From Vicugna vicugna (Eukaryota): a stretch of DNA of 64,000 nt. The position numbers and the translations under genes are program-made. The stretch lies in the NCBI GenBank assembly GCA_013265495.1, contig MU058584.1, positions 6,786,407 through 6,850,406 on the forward strand. The letters run 5' to 3'. Below the pieces are notes generated by a model. It was not told the origin of the DNA. It did no database searches and saw only the letters and a program-made list of their open reading frames with translations. Shown here one piece after another: positions 13,615 through 23,400 of the stretch; the stretch's first letter is position 1; each line of letters opens with the position of its first letter.

Positions 13615-13944
13615 AGGAATATAGGTTAACATAGACCAAGCCCCTTCAAAACCCCAAGAAAGTATTATCAACTTTGTTTCTGAAATATGAATTGTAAGAC
13701 TCTATCTTATATCAGTTGAATGCAGATCAAATTCTTTCATTAAGCTAAATCTTCACTAGACTGGTGGGCTTCCACCCTATGACTTATTTAACAGTGAAAT
13801 ACTGTAGTCAACTGGCTTCAGTCTTCTCTGGCCACTTAGGATAGAAGGGTGGGAGAAGCCTGGCAGAACTGAAGCTGTTTCTTTGAATTTGCAATTCAAT
13901 CTGTTATTCACTTAAGGGATTAATAAAAAGAGGACTTTATCCCT
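13615..13944. pseudogene. NUMT WANCY cluster: tRNA-Trp (+), Ala/Asn/Cys (-), OL remnant (~13823-13858), truncated tRNA-Tyr
   Basis: 'aggaatataggttaacatagaccaagccccttcaaa' (Trp), 'ttgaatgcagatcaa...ttaagctaaatc' (Ala), 'ctagactggtgggcttccaccc' (Asn), 'cttctctggcc...ggtgggagaag' (OL), 'gaagctgtttctttgaatttgcaattcaa' (Cys) and 'taaaaagagga' (Tyr). Confidence 0.85.
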
Positions 13945-14135
13945 AATACTTATCCTATTTATTGGTTCAGCAAATTTATTAGGTCTGTTACACTACTCAC
14001 TTACACCTACTACACAACTCTTGATAAATTTAGGTATGGCTGTTCCCCTATGAGGAGGAACAGTTATGCTTATATCCTTAAAACAAATAGAAACCCCATA
14101 AGACAAAAACATTCTAGCCCATTTTTTTTTAAACC
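13945..14135 (+). pseudogene. MT-ATP6: NUMT ATP6 fragment
   Basis: 'atcctatttattggttcagcaaatttattaggtctgtta...acacctactacacaactc...aatttaggtatggctgttcccctatgaggaggaacagtt' corresponds to ATP6 ILFIGSxNLLGLL...TPTTQL..NLGMAxPLW. Confidence 0.85.
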
Positions 14136-14593
14136 ATTGTACAGGTAATTCTGCAATCACGGCAAAGGTATTTTGAACAGTTAGTTGATTGGCAAATAGA
14201 TCACTCCAGCAAAAACGGAACGTGTGTATTTCCACTTGCAGATATGATTAATCTCCCTTTGGAGACAAAAGTGATTTCTTAACACATAAGTTAGGTTTTT
14301 ATCTGGTCTTTCTTTTGCTTTCAACTATCTTGTTAACATATTCCAACATTGCCCATATGTCTATTTTTCTATCCTGGTCAGTACTCATTTCAAGAGGTCA
14401 AAAGCCTCTTGTTCAAAGCACAGAACTGATTACTGAACATCGTGTATTTGCCTTTCATTTTTCTTTGAATTGTGACACAATCTCAGACTCAGGGACACAT
14501 GCCAAGATGACTCATTTGGAAATTATACCCTTTGAGTAAACTGCCTAACTCTCAATTTTTCAGAAGGATAAATCTTTGAATTCAAAGTCATTT

Positions 14594-15426
14594 AACAAAA
14601 CTACAATGAGGTATCACCTCTCACTGATCAGAATGGCCATCATCAAAATATCCACAAACAATAAATGCTGGAGAGGGTGTGGAGAAAAGGAACCTTCCTA
14701 CACTGTTGGTGGGAATGTACTTTGGTGCAGACATTGTGGAAAACAATATGGAGATTCCTTAAAAAACTAAACATAGACTTACCCTATCATCGAGCAATTC
14801 CATTCCTGGGCGTATATTCATAGAAACTAATTTGAAAAGATACATGCACCTGAATGTTCATAGAAGAACTACTTACAATAGTCAAAATTTGGAAGCAACC
14901 TAAATGTCCATTGACAGACGACTGGATAAAGAAGATGCAGTATGTATATACAATGGAATACTACTCAGCCATAAAAAGGAATAAAATAATGCCTTTTTCA
15001 GCAAAATGGATGGACCTGGGGATCATCATTCTAAGTGAAGTAAGACACAAAGAGAAACAAAAATACCATATGATATCACTTATACGTGGAATCTAAAAGA
15101 AAGACACAAATGAACTTATTTACAAAACAGAAACAGAATCATAGACATAGAAAACAAACTTATGGTTACCAGAGGGAAGGGAAGAGTGCTAAACTCAGAG
15201 TTTTGGATTTGCAGATACTAAATACTATGTATAAAATATGTATAGTTCTTACTGTATAGCAGAGGGAACTATATTCAATACCTTGTAGTAACCTATAATG
15301 AAAATGAAAAAGAATATGAAAAGGAATACATGTATGTGTATGTATGACTGAAACATTACACTGTACACCAGAAACTGATACAATGTTGTAAACTGACTAT
15401 ATCTCAATTAAAAATAAATAAATAAA
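14594..15426 (+). mobile_element. L1 3' fragment (ORF2 C-terminus and 3' UTR) with A-rich tail
   Basis: ORF2 C-terminal peptides TTMRYHL...[18 protein letters not shown] and KIWKQPKCPLTDDWIKKM...EYYSAIKRNKI. Ends 'ctcaattaaaataaataaataaat'. Confidence 0.92.
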
Positions 15427-15487
15427 TGACTCTGAAGTAAAATTTAAAAATTAAAAAAATTAAAAACAAAAGAAACAAACAAACAAA

Positions 15488-16040
15488 AAAAGATACATGC
15501 ACCCCATTGTTCATAGCAGCACTATTTACAATAGCCAAGATATGGAAGCAACCTAAGTATCCGTTGGCAGGTGACTGGATAAAGAAGTTGTGGTATATGT
15601 ATACAATGGAATACTATTTGGCCATAAAAAAGAATTAAAATAATGCCATTTGCAGCAACATGAATGAAACTGGAGATCATTATTCTAAGTGAAGTAAGCC
15701 AGAAAGAGAAAGAAAAATTCCGTATCATATCACTTATATGTGGGATCTTAAAAAAAAGACACAAATGAACTTATTTACAAAACAGAGACAGACTCACAGA
15801 CATAAACAAACTTATGGTTACTGGGGGAAGGGAGGTGGGGAGGGGTAAATTGGGAGTTTGGGATTTGCAGATACTAACTACTTCATACAAAATAGCAAGG
15901 TGTTACTGTATAGTGCAGGAAATGATGTGCAATACCTTGTAATAACCTATAATGAAAAGGAATATGTAAAGGAATATATATATATATATAAATGAATCAC
16001 TAAACTGTACACTAGAATTTAACACAGCATTGTAAATTGA
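15488..16040 (+). mobile_element. Second, tandem L1 3' fragment
   Basis: Restarts at 'aaagatacatgcaccccattgttcatagcagcactatttacaatagccaagatatggaagcaacctaag' just after the previous element's A-rich tail. Confidence 0.9.
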
Positions 16041-16454
16041 CTATACTTCAATATTTTTAAGCCACTTAAGATCCAGTTATTGGCTTACAGACAATAAGGC
16101 TTGTAAAAATCACTTCTTTAAAAAAAAGTTAAGGCTTTGTTTGAGGTCAAGTACCTAATCAAATTTTGTATGTTTCATGGATATACTTTTTAATATGCAA
16201 ATACTGTATTTAAGGGCCTAAGGGCCCTTATACATACATATATTTTCATAACACACATATTACATATGGTCAAATTTACTGAATTGTTATATTCAGTCCC
16301 TCTATACCCTTATTTATCTATTTTATTTTTTTGTTTATTAGAAGAAAATAATTCTTTTGTTATTATTGAAATGTTCCACTAAATTTTGAATACATTTTTA
16401 AATCAAGTTCTCTTTGTATTGTTAGTAGTTTTTGCTTTATGCATTTATTTAATT

Positions 16455-16740
16455 TTTAAAATTGAAGTATAGTTGATTTACAATATTATATTGGTTTCCG
16501 GTATACAAAATAGTGATTCAGTATTTTTTATAGATTATACTGTATTTAAAGTTATTATAAAATATTGGCTATATTCCCTGTGCTATACAATATATACATG
16601 TATCTTATTTATTTTATACATAGTAGTTTGTACTACTTAACCCCCTTCCCCTATTTTGCCCCTCCCCCGTCTCTCTCCCCAGTGGTAACCATTACCGTGT
16701 TCTCTATATCTGTGTTTCCGTTTTGTCATACTCACTCATT
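16455..16740 (-). mobile_element. L1 3' UTR end, antisense
   Basis: 'attgaagtatagttgatttacaatattatattggtttccggtatacaaaatagtgattcag...gctatattccctgtgctatacaata'. Confidence 0.8.
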
Positions 16741-16884
16741 TGGAAATTCTCTTTCTTAAGAAATGTCTTAAAAACACAACTACATGTTCATACTTTGAAG
16801 CTTTTTAGTAAAATCATCTCACAGGAGACCCACAATACCCTGAACAACAGTTCACTAGAATAATGTGGTTTCTCTAAAGGAAGG

Positions 16885-17190
16885 GTAGGTGTGTGGCCAA
16901 ATCTGGCCCCATTTGTTTTATACAACTTGCAAGCCAAGAATGGTTTTTACATTTTCAAGTTGTTGGGAAAAAACTTCGTCACACGGGAACATTTTATGAG
17001 ATTCATATTTCAGTGTCTATAAATAAGTTTTGTTGGAACACACCCATGCCCATCAGTGTACATATTGTCAATGGCCGCTTTCATCCTACAATGCAGAGCT
17101 GAGTAGTTGCCACAGAGATTGCATGGACCAGAAGGTAAAATATCTGCTCTATGGCCCTTTGCTGAAAAAGTTTATCAACATCAGCTCTAG
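16885..17190 (+). mobile_element. MER58-like hAT-Charlie DNA transposon relic
   Basis: 'ggccaaatctggccc...aataagttttgttggaacacacccatgccc...gagctgagtagttgccacagaga...tggccctttgctgaaaaagttt'. Confidence 0.7.
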
Positions 17191-19099
17191 AGCGCACATG
17201 AGGAAAGGAGGGCATTGAACCCTCCCAGTCACATACAAAACGAACATCTCTTTACAAGCTTGTATAGGCATCTTGCTGTGTAGTTATGGGGACTGTACAA
17301 GACCAGGAATAGAGAAAAGAGAGTGCGCCAGGACAATCTGGGTGCTTAGCCCCAACATTCCTTTAGAAAATCAGCTGTCAGTCTTCTCATCGAAGCACTC
17401 ACATTTAAACTGCTGGCCTGCAGTCCTAAAGCTGCAGGATCCAGCAGAAGAACAGTGGAATACAGAGCATGTGGTCAGAAATTAAGAGCAATCTTAGGAC
17501 CCGCCAGCTTCACCTTCTTAGGGTGCTATATCCTCTGAGCTAAATAGCTCTCCCTAAGGTTCTCTCTTGCTGTGCCCCACTCCAGAGAGCACGGAGAAAA
17601 CACATAAAATAGTTTGGAAAAAGAGGGGGCAATGAAGCAGAGTGGCCACTCCCCCAGCGGTGGCCTGGGCATTTGGGAAGATGAAGATGAAAAAGGGCTT
17701 TGTAAAAAGCTGCATAAAGCTAGGCTAAAACTAGGCTGAGGTGCCCAGGAGAGAGGGTGGGGCTAGTAAATGTGTCCACTGGAGATGAAATATACTCGTG
17801 TAAAGGGCAGAATGGGGAAGAGTAGCCTTTTTCACCTCCTGGAAAGAGACAATAGCACAGGCCTAGGTGGAATTGGGTGTATCCTGCTCGTCCTTGGATG
17901 AGTAAGATTATAGGGATGGTACTGCTTCCTAAGCAGGGTGTCCACAATCACTATAGTTTGTGTAGCATTAAAAACTCAAAAAAGCTCTATGTAAAATGAG
18001 AGGAGATAAAATCATGTGATATGAATTGCAACCCTAGAAAACTTAGTGAACCTGTGATTTTATTTTTAAAATTTACCTACAATGCACATTTACTATTTGG
18101 TAATTGCTAACTACGTGCCAGATTTATATATACATATATATATAAATGTATAAATATAAATGTATATATACAGATATATACTCTAAGCCTTGTAGCAATT
18201 GAGCAAGAAAGATAGTAGTAGTGTAGTATCCTCATTTTATTAATGAAAAAAACAAGAATTTGAGAGGTTGAATGGCTTGCCCAAGTCCACACAACTATAA
18301 GCGACACAACTAAGATTTGAAGTGTCTCTGACTCTCCATGTCACCACACCTACTTTAGAGATGAGCATTACCATCTCCGAAAGACATAAAAGAGGCAATT
18401 CCTCAAGAATTAAATCTATGCTGGTTTATGCTAAGTATCACCTGCTCGATGAGGGGACTCACTGGGTAAAATAATTGAGGTGTCCAAATTTTAAGTGATA
18501 GAGGAGTATGGTTGGTAGGGAAACAATTCTTAGAGACTTCAATATGCTTCATGCCTGGCAATTAGGTCCAGTTTATTTAGTCTTCTCACAACATAATTTT
18601 ACCTGGTACTAATGGATCAATTTATGGAATTTGATCTTTTTCCAATTTATGGAATTTGGTCTTTTCCATTTGATTCTGGCCTACATACTGACCAGAATCA
18701 AAGAAATGCAAGACTGAGTAGTCGAGGACTTTGACCACCAAGGCTGAAAGAGAGGACAGGAGGAAAGCGAAAAGAGAAGACTCCTTTTTACTGCTGGCAC
18801 ATCTCAACTAAGCAGCTCGTTTTCAACAGTATCAGGAGGCTCCAAAGAGATACCTACAAAAGAATGAAGAATGAGAATAATAAGGTAAACTTTAAAAAAA
18901 AGAAATAATAAAATGGAGCAGAAAACTGCAGAGTCATCCATCTAGGACAACTGCCTGAGTCCCAGGCTCAGTGTCTAGGGGTGTAAGCAGTAGATCAGGT
19001 TCAGTAGGACTGAAGGAAAGCAGATATTAGGGCACCCAGAGACTGGAGAGGAGCCCCACCCTTCATGGGGAGCTGATGGTGCCTCATTTGCTAGAGGGC

Positions 19100-19255
19100 C
19101 AGGAAATGAGCTCCTATTTAACAGCAGCTCCTCCCATTTTCCAATCAACCTACTTACCCGAGAATGCTGGCTGAGAAGAAGCAGTTTTTCTTTCAGATTG
19201 CACAAACGACTTGGACAGGACTGAAACAAACAGAAGAAGGAAAGAAAAAGAAAAG
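19100..19255 (+). promoter_or_regulatory. FMO3: Candidate FMO3 promoter and non-coding exon 1
   Basis: CCAAT at 19141 and a purine-rich stretch 'ttggacaggactgaaacaaacagaagaaggaaag' that, from memory, resembles the FMO3 5' UTR. Possible donor AAG|GTAGAT at 19256. FMO genes have a non-coding first exon. Confidence 0.35.
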
Positions 19256-20298
19256 GTAGATAAAGAAAAAAAGGATGATATTGTAATGGGCTGAGAGGGA
19301 GAAGAGTGGGATTGGTAAATGAAGGAGCATGCTATATTTATACCAAACACGGCCAAAATGAGAATGACATATAATTCAAGTAGGCTTTTATTTTTCCTGA
19401 GAATTAAGTATTATGATTCTTGTTATCCAAATGTATTTCTCTGCATAGCTATGTGATTTTGTCTAAAAAGAAAAAAAAAAACCGAGAAGTAGTAATAGGG
19501 CCTAAAGATACTGCAGGAACAGGAAAAGATTAGGAAATGTAATTTTTTTGAAGAGAATGGAAGTCAAGGGTGGCAGTTATTGGGAAGAAGCTGTTTTTAG
19601 TTAAAGAGACTTGACTTTTGTTTTTAATTGAGAAGGTGAAGAACATTATTAGGGGAGGAAAGAGGGTGACTACATGATATACTGAAATACAGACATACCA
19701 TACCTTATTTCTCATCAAGTCTGATGTCCAAGCAACAGGAAGAAATAAATACATGTGTGTATGCATTTATGTATATGTATATATCTGTGTGTGTGTGTGT
19801 CTACATACACTATGTATTTGTCTTTTCTTTCCTATATACATATGAGTGTAGATGTGGGTATATGCATATGTGTGTGTATACATACACTATATATTTTGTA
19901 TTCATATATGCATAAATGTTTGTGGGTGTAAGTGTATGTATATTTGTTTTAGTTGTAAATCTCCTCTTTCTCCCATTCACTCTCTCCAGTAGAGAGTAAA
20001 TGACAAAAGACCAAAGGCAAAGAAGATAAAATAAGGCTTAATTTTGGAGAGTTGGCTAAAAACAGTGTTTCTTTTAGGAGGAAGAAAACCTTCTCTTTAG
20101 AAATTAAAGAGAAATGCAAAGTGTAGTTAGATGACTAAAAGGAATGCTGATCTTTTTTTTTTTTTAACGTTTCTTTCTTGGTGCAAAAACAAAGTTTCTT
20201 ATTAAGCCGGAGAGTAATTTTTAAAAAAAGAAGAAGAAGAAGAAGTTTTCTGTAATGCTGTTACTGGAAATGACCCCTTGGCCTTTGCACAGGTGACC

Positions 20299-20430
20299 AT
20301 GGTGAAGAGAGTGGCAATCATCGGAGCTGGCGTCAGCGGCTTGGCCGCCATCAGAAGCTGCCTGGAAGAGCAGCTGGAGCCCATCTGCTTTGAGAAGGGC
20401 AAAGATGTCGGGGGCCTGTGGAAATACTCG
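20299..20430 (+). CDS. FMO3: FMO3 coding exon 1 ([14 protein letters not shown]...LWKYS)
   Basis: Acceptor cacAG|gtgaccATG; donor TCG|gtgagt; GxGxxG motif. Confidence 0.95.
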
Positions 20431-23400
20431 GTGAGTGGAACGCCACTGCAGGAGACTAGGAAGTGAGGTGGGAAGTGTGAGGGAACACATTGCTTGAGCA
20501 CAGGCTTCTAAACTATCAGTCATGGCAGGTTTAATCGCTCTAAGAAGCACAGCATCAGGAGAAGGCTGGAAAGTATGTCCTTAACTTACTGCAGAAGCAA
20601 GTGAGATGATGGGCTAGCCAGTCACTGGGTACAGAGTTCAACTCGGATAAATCAATAATAAATTAGCCACTGGGGATAAAATCCATAGTCAAATATTGAT
20701 TAGATTTATGCAATAGAATTGAATGAGCTATTCATTTCCATTCTTTTGTTGAGGTTGTGTAGTGTCCTCTTGGTGATTCAGACCACAGATTTTAAGGTTT
20801 TGGGGGCTGACTTTGATCTTGCCAAAAACACATGATTTGTGGAACAGCTACAGTAGGAACTAAGAATACAGCACACTGACTGGAAGTTCTTCAATGACTT
20901 TATTTCTGTGCATTTATCATAAGGACTCTATTAACAGACATGGGTATGCACCCATTAAATCATTTCCCGTATTGCCTGACATGCACATCATTGGGTGTAG
21001 GGGGCTTTCCTGTGTCCCCAGCTCCCTTAGTGTCTCCAGCCTTACGAGTACTGTCTGGCTAAGCCTACCCCTGTCTTTTTATAAACCATTACTATATATG
21101 CAAATATAGGAAGAGAACCCTTTATAAGCCACTATTTCCTTCTCAAATGCAAAATTAATATTATACTTTAATAAAAAGGCTATATTTGAGACAGTGTCTG
21201 TAATAGTTCTTTAAGTGTTACAAACATATGAGAATTATTCTTACTGATACAGATTTTTCTAGACTGTAAATAGCTCTTGAAACTACTCAGCACCTTGTGT
21301 AACATTGTTAAGCCTAGTGCATGTCACTGGAATGCACCGACAGAGCTTCAAATTAGCACAGTGATGACTCTCAGGGCTGTTTTACTGAGCTCTTTCAATA
21401 TGCCAAATACCTTTCCCATTGAAGCCAATCTTTATAATAATCCTATAAGCTAGCTATGAGATTTTCCCTTTTACAAATGAATCTGAAGCTTTAAAAGAAA
21501 GGGAGGAAATGGTAAAAGGCTGGGAAATGGTTAAGACAAGATCCCAGTTCAAGCTGACTCATCTCTCCAGCCTTTGTAAACTTCTGGGCGGCACTTCAAC
21601 AAGTGACCTGTGGAGCTGGCTGGTCTTCTGCACAGTGATCTTGACCAAATCCTCATATTCAAACGTACTTCACAAAGTATTGCCTAAGAAAGACACTGTT
21701 GATAGAGCTTTTGAGAGCAGCTGCCTGTCTTGTTCTCAAGGAAGACCTTAAAAAATTTGAACCTAGCATCATAGACTGATAAACTACTCAGCTGCAAACA
21801 TGTACTACTCTTGAAGAAAAAGGAAAAACAGCCCAGAGGGTGAAACCTCCGGCCTTGAGACAGAGAGGGTCATCCCAGGCCCTGAAACCTAATGAAGGTC
21901 ACCCTGCTGGATTTCAAAATTGCTTGGGACTGCTAACTCCTTTTTTCCTTCCATTTTCTCCCTTTTGGAATGAAAACATTTCTAACGGGTACCCTATGCC
22001 TGTTCCATCATTGTGTTCTGGGATAGGACAACTTGTTTTTTAGCTTCACAGGTCCACAGATGGAGAGGAATTTTGCCCCGGGGTGAATCATGCCCCAAGT
22101 CTCATTCCTACCTGATTTATATCATTTAGATGATGAGATTTAGGACTTTTGAGCTGATGATATATAAATGAGATTTGGGACTTGATGCTGCAGTGAATTG
22201 AGACTTTGGGGATGTTGGGATAAAATGAAATGTATTTTGTGTTGGGATGAATGTGAATCTTTAGGGTCCTGACAGTAGACTGTGCTGGGCTAGTTAAACA
22301 GTGGTCCCCTTAAAGATATCAGGTCCTAATCCCTAGAACCTGTAAATGTTCCTAATAAGAAAAAAGTATATTTGCAGACATAATTAAGTTAAGAATCTTG
22401 AGATGATGAGATTTATCTTGTATCATCTGGGTGGGCCCAAAATGCCATAACATATCCACTCATAAGAGAGAGGCAGAGGGAGATTTGACACACAGAGACA
22501 GAAGAGAAGAGATGTGATCTCATCAGAAAGAGAGATTTGAAGATGCTGTGCTGTGATCTTGAAGATGGAGACAAGGGACTAGAGATGATAATCAACACAG
22601 GGAGAGACTAAAATATTAAAGATAAAATTGATGGATAGACTAGGAAAAAGTCAGGGCAGGTGAACAATGGTTTGTATACCCAGAATACAAACCATTAGCC
22701 ATGGAACATGGGCGGTCTCTAGATGCTCAAAACGCCAAGGAAAGCCAGCATGCACCAGAAGCTAGCAGAGGCTGTAAATCGATTCTCCCCTAGAGGGAGC
22801 AGAAGAAACTCTGGAATGAACACGGCCCTGCTGACCCCTTGATTTAGGCCCAGTGATTCTGATTTCCAACTCCTGGCCTCTGGAATCACGAGGGAATAAA
22901 TTCATGTTGCTTCAGGCCGTCAAGTCTGTGATTATTACAGAGGCCACAGGAAAGTAATACGGTTGATTATCCACGGTTTCCTACCTATGTTCCCTCTGTG
23001 AGAGGATTTACAGATTGCCAGTGGTGGTGTGACTTGCAGTGTTTCCCAGGCTCCACTAGGAGTCTGCAGAGGTATGCATGCCTAGAATTCACGTCATTTG
23101 TTTAAATTAAAAAATCACGTTAATTTTGTATCTTCGTTACCTTTCGTTTCTCAAGTTTCAGTCACTCCACATTTTTTTTTCTTTCAGAGAGATCCAAACA
23201 TTAGCTGAATGTGAAAAAAGCGAAGTGCAGATCATTCAAACTTTTGTAGCTGTAGCCCCCTCCCTCTAGTTCTTTCTTCTAACCCAGATCTAAAAGCAGA
23301 ATGATGTGTTTCCTTCACCTGCTCTGATCACGGAGAAAATAAAGTACTCTGTGACTGGGCAGCAGGTCTGGGGGAAATGCCTTTCTTTCCCAGAGCTCCC

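Larger units (their letters stand above)
11615..14135 (+). pseudogene. NUMT (nuclear mitochondrial insertion): partial ND1, tRNA-I/Q/M, ND2, tRNA-W/A/N, OL, tRNA-C, partial Y, fused to an ATP6 fragment
   Basis: Follows vertebrate mtDNA gene order, with recognisable ND1, ND2 and ATP6 codon strings (TGA=Trp usage) and mt-tRNA sequences. Heavily mutated, with indels. Confidence 0.93.

Noticed and set aside
12374..13944. tRNA-like sequences as functional tRNA genes
   Set aside because: They are mitochondrial-type, in mtDNA order, and have disrupted stems. They are NUMT pseudogenes.
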